Origin: a virus
Strand: one strand, 5' to 3'
DNA length: 64,000 nt
IMG/VR virus record: IMGVR_UViG_3300027806_000001
Location: 32,001 to 96,000 of that record
In this document: positions 1 to 8,854 of the stretch, piece after piece
Layout of the letters: each line of letters starts with the position of its first letter
How positions within the stretch are numbered: position 1 is the first letter of the stretch
Translations under genes and position numbers: made by a program
Notes under the pieces: model-generated
What the model was told of the DNA's origin: nothing
What the model saw: only the letters and a program-made list of their open reading frames with translations
Database searches by the model: none

Positions 1-292
1 CAGCTCCCGTGAGGGTAAAAGGGGCGTAGCCGGCGGCGTCAACGTTGACTCGCTGCCGCTGGGCGGAGTCCACCGTGGCGTTCGACTCCAGGAGCTTGAC
101 GATGCGACTCAGCATGACCAGGAGGTTGTCCGTCCGATCGGCCACGGCCGGCATCGGGTTGGCCGAACTGACGTCGACGGCAGTGCCGTCGGGGCCCACG
201 CCGACCTTGATCCGCTGGTGCAGGACGCCGCCGATCTCGTCTGCCGCGACCGTCGCTCCTGATCCTGGTGTATATCCGACATTATCGGCCAT
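1..292 (-). CDS. Virion structural protein, 5' part only (runs off the window edge)
   Basis: My translation from ATG at 292: MADNVGYTPGSGATVAADEIGGVLHQRIKVGVGPDG..., open to base 1. It follows the tail fibre stop (302) by 9 nt. This N-terminus type is common in phage tail modules. Confidence 0.7.
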   Translation of the reverse strand, partial: MADNVGYTPGSGATVAADEIGGVLHQRIKVGVGPDGTAVDVSSANPMPAVADRTDNLLVMLSRIVKLLESNATVDSAQRQRVNVDAAGYAPFTLTGA

Positions 293-301
293 GGTTCATT
301 C

Positions 302-3300
302 CTAGTACTTGAAGTAGAGGTCGCCGTCGGACCCCAGGCCGGCGCCGGGGGTGGTGGTGCCGCTGAAGACCTTTGGAATCCTGTTTCCGTTGTTGTTGAT
401 ATTACCCGAGGCGCTGACCAGGTTCAAGTCGCCTGCCCCGGTCTCGATGACGCCGTTCGTCGTGTCGTGGTTCAACCGCATGAAGTGGTTGGCATTCGAG
501 CTGCCCCGGCCGTAGAGGTAAAGCGTCGGGTCGGCGTGGTCGATCGTTGGAACACGGTTCGCGCCTCCTCGCTCGTTGTTCTGAACGATAACGAGCGCGC
601 CACTGCTTCCTGCGTTCTGACTGCCAAGGAGCAGACCAATCGTCATGCACCCTTGACTGCTTGCCTCTTGATATGAGAGCGTGTACCAGTTCGCGCCGCC
701 CAAAGCAAAGTCAATCGCGTTTCCCATTCTCCATGGTGTGTTACAAAGGAAGCCACCAGCGGTTGTGCTGCCATCGGAGTTCCTGCGCGTTCCGAGAGTG
801 ACACCAGAACCCCAGGATGTACCGTCAACCGTCATGGCGAAGTCGGTCGATGCAGTCCCGTTCGTACCGATGCGCACCGTGCCGTTGGTCGAGTTGCTCA
901 GAAACTCGCCGTTCCCCATCACGATCGCGCCGCTGCCCGCCGTGCCGACCGTGAGGGTTTCGGTCGCAGAGTCGTATGTCAGCCCCGCGTCGCCCGCGAA
1001 CGCACCGGCGTTGTTGAACTGGATCTGCCCGCTGCTGCCGCCAGGGCTGCCGCTGCCGCCGGAGACCGTGGCCCACTGCAAGGTGGCATCGTTTCCGGTC
1101 ACTGATGCGATCTGCAGCACCTGGTTGGCCGTGCCGACGGCAGCAGGCATGGTGTAGATGTTGCTGTTCGTGACCGAGGAGGGGGACCGCAGGGCGACGT
1201 AGGTCGAGGTGCTGCTACCGAGGCGGAGCTGGCCCTGGGAGCCGACCTGCAGGTGACTGCCATCGAAGGTGAACGCCGAGGACGCCGCCAGGGCGCCCGA
1301 GGAATTGTACTGGACCTGGTTGGTCGATCCGGCCACCAGGCCCACCGTGCCGCTGGCGTTGGGCAGGGTGATGGTGCGGTTGGCGCCAGGGTCGGCTGCC
1401 TGCAGCCTGGTGGTGAAGGAATTGGCCGTAGCTCCCTCGAACAGGATGCCGACGTCCAACGAGTCGGTTCCGTCCGTGCTGTAGGTGCCCAGGTAGAGGT
1501 TTCCACCGGTGACGCGAACCTGCCCAGCGCCATCCACAGCGTTGGTGACCTGCAGCTGAGCCATGGTTCCGCCCAGGCTGCCCAGCGAGGTGGTAGGGGC
1601 GATCGTCAGGTTTCCGCCCGGCGAGATCGTCAGGCTGTTTGTCGAGCCGCTGTTGGTGGTGATCGACGAAGTCGTGTTGCCCAGCCGGAGCGTCGGATTG
1701 CGCAGCGCCGCGGTGCCGGTCGTGGCCCCGAGGGTAAGGGCGGTGGCGGCTCCTCCGATGTTCAGATTGGTTACGAACGTGTTGAACAGGTTGCCAAGGC
1801 CGGACGTGACCGTGGTGGCAAGGGTGGCGGTGCCCAGGGAGTTGGCCCGGATCGTCAGCGTAGAGTCGCCGGAGGTCGTGCCGATGTTGACCGATGCCGC
1901 GGCTCCGCCCAGGTTGATGGTGGAGGCGCCGCCGGTGGCCATGTTCAGGGTGCCGGTGGTGATGCCGGTGAACAGGTTGACTATGCCGGTGGTGACGTTG
2001 ACGTCCAGGTTCGACGTGCCTGCGGCGATGCCGTTCAAGGTTACCGTGTTGCCGGTAATGTTCGTGCCCAGCCTGATGGTCGGGGCCGCGGCCGCGGCCG
2101 CGGCGATTCGCACGTCTACCGAGGTGGCAGCAAGATTGAAGTTCGACGAGGAGCTGGTGATGTCTCCGCCGTTGACCGCCAGGTCGCCCGCGACGGTCAG
2201 CTCGGACGTGCCGCTGTTGTAGGTCAGGCCGGAATGCCCTCCCAAAGCGCCGCCGTTGTTGAACTGCACCTGGGTCGTGGAGCCGCTGGCTGTGACGGCC
2301 AGGGTGCCGGCGGACAGCGACAGGTTGGATCCGACGGAGATCTCCTCCACCGAACCTGCGGCAGCCGTGGTCCGGCCAAGGATCCTCGCCGTGTTGATGT
2401 TCTGGAACTTGGCGAAGGTGACGGCCTGGTTGGCGATCGTAGTCGTGTTGGAATTGACGCTGGCGGTGACATCGCCGCTCAAGGCTGCCCGCTCGAACGA
2501 CACCTGGCCGGCGGTCACCCAGTTGGCCGAGACAGTGTTGGAGTTGCCAACCACCCGTTCGTTGGTCAAGGTGGCATCCGCGGTGCGAACCAGGTAGTCG
2601 ACCGTGGTGGGGGCGCCGCCGCCTCCGCCGGAGACCGTGGCCCACTGCAGGGTGGCGTCGTTGCCGGACACCGAGGCTATCTGCAGCACCTGGCCGTTGG
2701 AGCCCACCACATCCGGCAGCGTGTAGATGTTGCTGTTCGCAACGCTGGACGGCGAACGGAGCGCGACGAACGTGGCTCCGCTGCTGCCGAGGCGGAGCTG
2801 GCCCTGGGAGCCGACCTGGACATTGGAGCCGTCGAAGGTGAAGACCGAGGAGGCTGTCAGGGCGTTCGAGGAGTTGTACTGGACCTGGCCCGTCGAGCCG
2901 CTGGCCGTGACGGCCAGGGTGCCGGCGGACAAGGACAGGTTGGCTCCGGCCGACAGCTCCTCGACCACCCCGGCGCCTGCCGTGGTCCGGCCCAGGATCC
3001 TGGCCGTGGCAACGTTCTGGATCTTGGCGTAGGTGATCTGGCTGTCGCCGATGCCGGCGGTCGCGAGGGTGCCGAAGCCAAGGGTGGTGCCGCTGAGCCT
3101 GAGCACCTGGCCGTCGACCGTGGCCTGAATGTCGGCCGGATCTCCAGCAGTGGCTGCAGCGCGCCCGATGACCGAATTTGCAGCGCTGTCTCGGATCGCA
3201 GTATTGGTGACGGCATTGGCGGCAATTCCGGGATCGGGGTAGGTGCCGGTCAGAGAGCCGCCGGCCGCCCCGGTCGGCGTCCTGGAATTGGTGAGCCTGC

Positions 3301-4510
3301 TGTCGTTGCCCTCGCAGAAAGTTCCGGTCGTGGAGCCGAAGGATCCGGCCTGCAAGACGCCGCCGGTGCCGGTGATGATCGGCAGGCTGGCGGTCGAGCC
3401 GATGGCGCCGGCATTGGTGATGTTGCCGTGCGTGTGGCTGGATGCGGCAAGACCGGCCTCGGCCGCGGTCTGGTTCTTCCAGAGGCCGCTCGAAAGGTCG
3501 TAGGCCAGCAGGTCGTTGTCCGCCGGCGAAGCGCCGATCAGGACGTCGTGCAGCTCGTCCAGCTCCTGGCCGTTGATGACCTTGACGTAGGCTCGGCCAG
3601 CTGCGCCGTTGCTGGCGTCTTGCACCCAGCCGAGGAACACCAGGTGCGCGGGCTGGACCGGCTTCGTGGTCGTCCAGTTTCCGGCCGTCTGCGAAAGCCA
3701 CAGCGCGTTGCCGTTGACGAACGTGCCAGTGGGCAGGTTGCTCAGGCCGGTCAGCAGGCCCTGGGTGATGATGTAGCCGCTGACGGTGTTCGTGATCGTC
3801 TCGGCCGCCACGCCGATGGTGGTGGCTGCGGTCAGCTCGCTGTCCGCGTCCGCCAGCTCGACCGTCAGGTGGGTGCCCTGGCTGCCGACGATGTAGACGA
3901 CCTGGCCCTTGGTGATGGTGCCGGCGCTGGCCTTGCGCACGATCTTCATCAGGGCCTCGTTGGCCGGGCTCTGGTAGGTGCCGGTGACGACGTTGACGCC
4001 GGAGATCGTGCCGCCGGTCAGGGCGACGGCGTTGGCGTCCTGGGTGGCGACGGTGCCAAGGCCGAGGGTGGTCCTCTGGGCGACGTTGTCGAGGTCGTCC
4101 AGCAGGGCCTTGCCTGCCGCGGTGATGTCCCCGCCGAGCTTGCTGGTGCCGATCGCACCCGGGGCGACCGTCGGATTGGGGTAGTTTCCGCTGAGGTCGC
4201 CGCCGGCTGCGCCGCTAGGGGATCCGCCGGCGGTCGAGTTGACCCACTTCTGCAGGCTGGCGTTGTAGACCAGGGCCTGGCCGTCGGCCAGGGTGCCGAG
4301 GTTCAGCTGGACGTCCTTGAGGGAGGCCAGGAACGCTTCGGCGTCCATGTAGTCGAGGTCACGCCACGCCGTGATGCCGTCGCCGACCTTGAGCAGGTCG
4401 TTGGTCTCGTCGTAGACAGGCTCTCCCCGCCCGTACACCCGGTTGGTGGCGTACAGGTTGGCGTAGGTGTCCCTGCGGATTCGCAGGCGGGCCAGCAGGG
4501 TGGTCGGCAT
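302..4510 (-). CDS. Long tail fibre / adhesin, 1402 aa
   Basis: Mtd_N-like N-terminus (LRIRRDT...GEPVYDETNDLLKVGDGITAWRDLDY). G/S/T/A-rich beta repeats with internal duplications. C-terminal PGAGLGSDGDLYFKY motif typical of fibres. Confidence 0.85.
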   Translation of the reverse strand: MPTTLLARLRIRRDTYANLYATNRVYGRGEPVYDETNDLLKVGDGITAWRDLDYMDAEAFLASLKDVQLNLGTLADGQALVYNASLQKWVNSTAGGSPSGAAGGDLSGNYPNPTVAPGAIGTSKLGGDITAAGKALLDDLDNVAQRTTLGLGTVATQDANAVALTGGTISGVNVVTGTYQSPANEALMKIVRKASAGTITKGQVVYIVGSQGTHLTVELADADSELTAATTIGVAAETITNTVSGYIITQGLLTGLSNLPTGTFVNGNALWLSQTAGNWTTTKPVQPAHLVFLGWVQDASNGAAGRAYVKVINGQELDELHDVLIGASPADNDLLAYDLSSGLWKNQTAAEAGLAASSHTHGNITNAGAIGSTASLPIITGTGGVLQAGSFGSTTGTFCEGNDSRLTNSRTPTGAAGGSLTGTYPDPGIAANAVTNTAIRDSAANSVIGRAAATAGDPADIQATVDGQVLRLSGTTLGFGTLATAGIGDSQITYAKIQNVATARILGRTTAGAGVVEELSAGANLSLSAGTLAVTASGSTGQVQYNSSNALTASSVFTFDGSNVQVGSQGQLRLGSSGATFVALRSPSSVANSNIYTLPDVVGSNGQVLQIASVSGNDATLQWATVSGGGGGAPTTVDYLVRTADATLTNERVVGNSNTVSANWVTAGQVSFERAALSGDVTASVNSNTTTIANQAVTFAKFQNINTARILGRTTAAAGSVEEISVGSNLSLSAGTLAVTASGSTTQVQFNNGGALGGHSGLTYNSGTSELTVAGDLAVNGGDITSSSSNFNLAATSVDVRIAAAAAAAPTIRLGTNITGNTVTLNGIAAGTSNLDVNVTTGIVNLFTGITTGTLNMATGGASTINLGGAAASVNIGTTSGDSTLTIRANSLGTATLATTVTSGLGNLFNTFVTNLNIGGAATALTLGATTGTAALRNPTLRLGNTTSSITTNSGSTNSLTISPGGNLTIAPTTSLGSLGGTMAQLQVTNAVDGAGQVRVTGGNLYLGTYSTDGTDSLDVGILFEGATANSFTTRLQAADPGANRTITLPNASGTVGLVAGSTNQVQYNSSGALAASSAFTFDGSHLQVGSQGQLRLGSSTSTYVALRSPSSVTNSNIYTMPAAVGTANQVLQIASVTGNDATLQWATVSGGSGSPGGSSGQIQFNNAGAFAGDAGLTYDSATETLTVGTAGSGAIVMGNGEFLSNSTNGTVRIGTNGTASTDFAMTVDGTSWGSGVTLGTRRNSDGSTTAGGFLCNTPWRMGNAIDFALGGANWYTLSYQEASSQGCMTIGLLLGSQNAGSSGALVIVQNNERGGANRVPTIDHADPTLYLYGRGSSNANHFMRLNHDTTNGVIETGAGDLNLVSASGNINNNGNRIPKVFSGTTTPGAGLGSDGDLYFKY

Positions 4511-5814
4511 CAGGCGGCTCCTCCGTCTATGTCCGGAACGTCGTCGACGGTAAAGGCGTCGCCGCCATCGAGATCCAGATCACCGGGGATAAGTATTGTA
4601 CTTGGAACCCAGGTGGAGGTCGCCGAATCCCACGTCAGGGTCTGCCCCTGGGTCGGAGCGACGGCCGACACCGAGCGGTTCTGTATCTTCGCCACCGTGG
4701 GGTTCGGATAGGTGCCGCTGAGGTCGCCTCCGGCCGTGCTCGGAGGAAGCACCGGAGCGGCGGGAACCCAGGACAATCCGTTCCAGGTCAGGACGTTGTC
4801 GACCGCCGGTGCCGTGGGGGACACCAGCCGGCCCTGCAGGCCCACCACGGTCGGATTCGGGTAAGTGCCGCTGAGATCTCCTCCTGCGGCTCCGGAACTA
4901 CCTCCCCCTCCTCCGCCTGTGCCAGGAGTGAACGGCACCTGCGGAGGAATGACCGAGATGCCGGTGGGGCCTGGCAGCGGGGCGGGCTTGATGACGTCGA
5001 CCGAGATGTCCGGATCCCTGGTCGACGAGATGATCAGCGAGATGGTGTCGGTGAGCGGCAGCTCCCGCATCTGCAGCTTGGCCGCCACGGGGTAGTAGGC
5101 CATGCGGCCCACCACCGAGTACTCCCTGACCTCGTAGGCCCGGGACGTGTCGGCCTCGAGCCAGATGTCCTTGGCCTCCGCCACGGGATTGGCCAGGCAC
5201 CGCACCACCAGCTCGCGCACGTCCGCGGTGCCTATCTTGGTAATATTGGCGTGCCTGGTCTCCTGGTTCTCGATCAGCACCGGGAAGGGTACACCGGGGA
5301 AGTACCCGTCGACGTACCCGGTGCCGGCGCACTTCAGGCAGGCCGAGCTGACCAGGATGCCGGTGTTCTTGTCGGTGCACTCGCAGGTCGGGCCGTAGTA
5401 CCTGCGCTTGAACAGGTAGCCCTGGACTCCGCCCCGCTCCTTGCGCAGGGCAAGGTTCTCCTTGCGGACGAGCTCCTTAAGCAGGCCGGCGTTGATCCCG
5501 GGGATGTTGCCCTCGAGGCCCTTGTTCCTCGAGACGTACTCGCCGGCCGGGGTCTTCAGGCGGACCCGATAGTAGGCCTGGCTGGCAATCGACGCATCGC
5601 GGAAGACGCGGTCGGTAAGGAAGGGGACGCGGTCGCCCTCGTCCAGGACCTGGAACTCGCCGGTATCAAAGCCGGACTGGCTGCGGGCGAACTCGAGGCT
5701 GAAGACGTGGGGGAACGGATCGTCGAACCGCGGGTCCAGCTTCCACGAGACCATCGTGCGGCCGAGGCCGTCGTACGAAACCGACAGGTCTTGGAAGGGC
5801 TGGCCCTGGATCAT
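4510..5814 (-). CDS. Neck/head-closure-like protein with a fibre-type C-terminal extension
   Basis: FN3-like N-terminus, then GYLFKRRYYGPTCEC...CLKCAGTGYVDGY (Zn-ribbon-like), then two AGGDLSGTYPNPTV repeats and an acidic DGG tail. Position between capsid and fibre genes. Confidence 0.55.
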   Translation of the reverse strand: MIQGQPFQDLSVSYDGLGRTMVSWKLDPRFDDPFPHVFSLEFARSQSGFDTGEFQVLDEGDRVPFLTDRVFRDASIASQAYYRVRLKTPAGEYVSRNKGLEGNIPGINAGLLKELVRKENLALRKERGGVQGYLFKRRYYGPTCECTDKNTGILVSSACLKCAGTGYVDGYFPGVPFPVLIENQETRHANITKIGTADVRELVVRCLANPVAEAKDIWLEADTSRAYEVREYSVVGRMAYYPVAAKLQMRELPLTDTISLIISSTRDPDISVDVIKPAPLPGPTGISVIPPQVPFTPGTGGGGGGSSGAAGGDLSGTYPNPTVVGLQGRLVSPTAPAVDNVLTWNGLSWVPAAPVLPPSTAGGDLSGTYPNPTVAKIQNRSVSAVAPTQGQTLTWDSATSTWVPSTILIPGDLDLDGGDAFTVDDVPDIDGGAA

Positions 5815-6671
5815 ACGTCGCTATACGGTCCCGGCAGCCAGACGAAGCCGCCCATGATGTTCGCCTCGAACTTGCGCTCCATGCAGAAGCGTTCGAAGTT
5901 GGCCAGGGCCTGCTCCCCCATCTGGATGTAGGCAGGCCCCTTGTTCTTGTCGTCGACCGAGAGGCCGCCCGAGCTGTAGGCCAGCTGGTTGCGCACGTAG
6001 CTGCGGCCGGCCAGGATCAGCAGGTGGCCGATCGTGGCGGAGATGTGCTGCTGCCTCCAAGGGAAGTCTGCGATGTCGTACTGGCCGACGTCCGGGGTCA
6101 TCTCGTTCCAGATCTCGACGGGCTTGGAGATGCAGTAGGCGATCTCGTTGTCCGAGAACTCCACGTCGCTCAGCAGGCTGTTCAGCTCGGGGTAGTCCCT
6201 GAGGTTGAACCGCACCTCGGCGACCGTGACCGGGCGCTTGACCGAGGTGATCCTGGGGCTGATCTCGAGGTACCGCGGCGACTGGTAGAGCAGCTTGCCG
6301 TCGAGGTTGTACACCTGGATGGCGGCCAGGTGCAGGCCCGGGGCCTGCATGATGCCGTCGGGGATGAAGACCTCGATCTCGCCGTAGTCCGGCCGGACCA
6401 CCGAGCAGTCGACCTCGGCGTAGTCCGCCGAGAACAGGGAGGCCCGCACCACGTAGACGATCCGCATGTCCACGATGTTGAGCGGGTTGTTGTCCGGGGT
6501 GAAGACGTGGGTGCGGAAGAAGGCCGGGCCGTTCTCCGGGACCTGGTCGACCGGAAGCTGGTTGGACTTGGACCGGTAGGGGCTGGCCGGGATGCGGTGG
6601 CGGTTGGCGCCGACCACCACGGCCACCGGGCCCAGGATCACGCTGCTCTGTGTGCTTGGGTACTGAGGCAT
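5811..6671 (-). CDS. Head-tail adaptor / neck protein (T4 gp13-like)
   Basis: Ig/BppU-like N-terminal half. The C-terminal half (VAEVRFNLRDYPELNSLL...EFSDNEI...GGLSVDDKNK) resembles large-phage neck adaptors. ATGA coupling to the next gene. Confidence 0.55.
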   Translation of the reverse strand: MPQYPSTQSSVILGPVAVVVGANRHRIPASPYRSKSNQLPVDQVPENGPAFFRTHVFTPDNNPLNIVDMRIVYVVRASLFSADYAEVDCSVVRPDYGEIEVFIPDGIMQAPGLHLAAIQVYNLDGKLLYQSPRYLEISPRITSVKRPVTVAEVRFNLRDYPELNSLLSDVEFSDNEIAYCISKPVEIWNEMTPDVGQYDIADFPWRQQHISATIGHLLILAGRSYVRNQLAYSSGGLSVDDKNKGPAYIQMGEQALANFERFCMERKFEANIMGGFVWLPGPYSDV

Positions 6672-6683
6672 GGCGAACCCGGG

Positions 6684-7202
6684 TCAGACGGTGAGGTTTG
6701 CGGAGGTGAGGACCTTGGCCTGGCAGTTGGCGTCGCCGGGGTAGAAGTTGCCGTCCCAGGTCGGGAACCCCAGGTTGGCCGAGGTGGACGCCGAGGCGGT
6801 GGCCGGGGCCGGGTCGAGCCTAAGCAGGTCTCCGGTCTCGGCTCCGCCCACGGTCAGCTCGGCGTAGCCGTAGAGCTCGCCGCGGAAGACGCTGGAGGTG
6901 GACCCCGGGCGGGCGGCCTCGTAGGCGTCCAGGGCCGAGGAGTAGATCTGGATCGAGATGGACGAGGTGCCGATGGAGAACCTGGCCGGGGTGACGGAGT
7001 AGGTCACCGTCTCGATGATGGCGTTGGGGTTCGGATTTCCGACATTTCCGATCAGCCTGGCGTCATAGAGCTTGAAGACGACGTTCAGGACGTCCGCCGG
7101 CACGATCGTGTGGAAAAAGCGCTCCGTCGAGAAGGACATCTTGAAGTCCTCCCCGACGGGGATCGCCTGAAAAACGGTGTTGCTGGAATTTCCGGCGGAC
7201 AT
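6684..7202 (-). CDS. Hypothetical virion protein
   Basis: 172-aa beta-rich ORF with strong GC3 bias, in the structural operon. Confidence 0.6.
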   Translation of the reverse strand: MSAGNSSNTVFQAIPVGEDFKMSFSTERFFHTIVPADVLNVVFKLYDARLIGNVGNPNPNAIIETVTYSVTPARFSIGTSSISIQIYSSALDAYEAARPGSTSSVFRGELYGYAELTVGGAETGDLLRLDPAPATASASTSANLGFPTWDGNFYPGDANCQAKVLTSANLTV

Positions 7203-7214
7203 GAGCAGGCCCCC

Positions 7215-7222
7215 ATTATAGC
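7215..7222 (-). promoter_or_regulatory. Candidate late -10 element GCTATAAT
   Basis: Perfect TATAAT 12 nt upstream of ATG 7202. GAAACA lies 15 nt upstream of it. Confidence 0.5.
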
Positions 7223-7244
7223 AGCCCCGGCCGGTTGTTTCGGA

Positions 7245-8297
7245 TCAGTGCAGCGGGTGGACCAGGACCTCGATCGACCAGTCTGAGCTGCCGGCCGCGG
7301 TGAACGAGATGCACCGGTACGGGGCGCTGCCCTGGTTGAAGTCCGGCCTGTGCTCGAAGGTGTAGTTGCAGTTGTACCGGGTGGCGGGCGTGCCTCCGTC
7401 AAGCTGGACGTACATCTGACGGCCGTTGGCGGCCAGGGCCGCCGACGAGGTGATGAGCGTGCTCGACGGGTTGATCAGGCCTGCGGGCTTGGGGTCGGAG
7501 CCGGAAGGATCCGGAACGAAGAGTCCGGCCGGGTTGGCCGTCGGGTACGACAGGTTCACGGCAGCCGACAGTGCCGCGGTCCAGTTGCTTGCCGACGACA
7601 CCTGCACCTGCAGGCGGTTGAATGAGAGGCCGACGGGATTGGTGGCCGCACCTGGGGAGGCTCCGGCGAAGAACACCAGGTCGTAGGCCGGCCAGTTGCC
7701 TGAAGTACCTGTGCGGTATCCCTGCACGGCCGTGGTCACGATCGGAACGCTGAACTCGATCACCAGCCGGTCTGGACCGCCCTTCTGCCGGACCGCCGTG
7801 ACGACGGCCACCGAGGTGAAGCCGGCCGCATCGCCGATGTTGCTGCCGACGGTGGCCGCCTGCACCGGATTGGTGAAGGTGAACGTGTCGCCAGGACGAA
7901 CCCAGTAGTTGTTAGACGAAGCGGCCCTGGCCGTGCTCGGCTGGACGTTCTCCAGGGTGGCCGAGTAGACCACGTGGATGCCGAGAGCCGGGGTGGCGTT
8001 GTTGGCGTAGACCGAGTTGCCGCGCAGGAAGATGTAGCTGTCGGCGTCGGACAGGCAGACGTTCGGAGCAGCGACCAGGTTGTTGGGGCTGGCCGTGGTC
8101 TGACCCTTCACTTCGACCTTGTGGCTCGCCGTGGGCCAGCCTGGGGTCTCGAAGAACACCGTGACGTTTCGGCCCAAGGCCTGGCCTGTGGCGGCCGGGT
8201 AGACGCCTGTGGCAGGGACCACCGGAACAGCCGCCGAGGTGGTGTCCCTGGCGACAAGACGAATGAACCTGGCAATAGGCGCCTGGTAGAAATTCAT
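7245..8297 (-). CDS. Hypothetical beta-rich virion protein
   Basis: 350 aa, A/T/S/N/P-rich, with SD GAAGGAGGAG before the ATG. Confidence 0.65.
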   Translation of the reverse strand: MNFYQAPIARFIRLVARDTTSAAVPVVPATGVYPAATGQALGRNVTVFFETPGWPTASHKVEVKGQTTASPNNLVAAPNVCLSDADSYIFLRGNSVYANNATPALGIHVVYSATLENVQPSTARAASSNNYWVRPGDTFTFTNPVQAATVGSNIGDAAGFTSVAVVTAVRQKGGPDRLVIEFSVPIVTTAVQGYRTGTSGNWPAYDLVFFAGASPGAATNPVGLSFNRLQVQVSSASNWTAALSAAVNLSYPTANPAGLFVPDPSGSDPKPAGLINPSSTLITSSAALAANGRQMYVQLDGGTPATRYNCNYTFEHRPDFNQGSAPYRCISFTAAGSSDWSIEVLVHPLH

Positions 8298-8326
8298 GGA
8301 GCTCCTCCTTCAAGGACGGGTCAGGA

Positions 8327-8719
8327 TCAGCTGACGGCGTCGATGTAGGCGACGAGCTCTTCGTCCGAGACGCCTCCGGCGAGGTCGGCCGCGGCCGCCT
8401 TGTTCATCGGGGCGACAGGGATGCCTGCTGCAGTGAGGCCGCCGTCGAGCGAGTGGTTCATCGCGGCGAGCGAGATCTTGATCTGGCCCTCGCTCGCGTG
8501 CTTGACGTTGAGGCCGGAGACGATCGTGTCGACGAGAGCGTCGATCGAGACGCCGGTCGAGACCATCGCCGCGAACTTGCCGTTGAGCTGCAGGGCGTGC
8601 GCAAGGTCCTCGGCGCTTTCGAACTTGAGGCCGTGGTCGGCGCAGGCCTTGACGAAGGCCGGGACGTAGTAGGTGCCAACGAGGGTCTGAACAGCTGCGA
8701 TCTTGGTGGTGTCGGGCAT
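8327..8719 (-). CDS. Small head-associated protein with K-x-A motifs
   Basis: Start re-called at MPDTTKIAA (ATG 8719, SD AAGGA). Contains KIA, KHA, KAA. Confidence 0.65.
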   Translation of the reverse strand: MPDTTKIAAVQTLVGTYYVPAFVKACADHGLKFESAEDLAHALQLNGKFAAMVSTGVSIDALVDTIVSGLNVKHASEGQIKISLAAMNHSLDGGLTAAGIPVAPMNKAAAADLAGGVSDEELVAYIDAVS

Positions 8720-8760
8720 CTTGGATTCCTTGTAGGGGCGCATCGGGCGCCGGAGAGTGC

Positions 8761-8768
8761 ATTGTAGC
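8761..8768 (-). promoter_or_regulatory. Candidate late -10 element GCTACAAT
   Basis: Intergenic, downstream of the capsid terminator and upstream of ATG 8719. Confidence 0.45.
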
Positions 8769-8805
8769 CGGAATGCACGATGCTGCAAAATCCGGATGGC
8801 AAGGA

Positions 8806-8833
8806 CAAGGGGCCCCCTTGCGGGAGCCCCTTG
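8806..8833 (-). terminator. Stem-loop after the major capsid gene
   Basis: CAAGGGGCTCCC-GCAA-GGGGGCCCCTTG: 12-bp stem with one wobble and a GNRA loop. The U-tract is weak. Confidence 0.55.
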
Positions 8834-8854
8834 CGGTTCAGGTCAGGTCACCGA

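Noticed and set aside
302-4510. Diversity-generating retroelement, suggested by the Mtd_N-like domain
   Set aside because: No reverse transcriptase and no TR/VR pair differing only at adenines was seen. Mtd_N is a generic fibre anchor.
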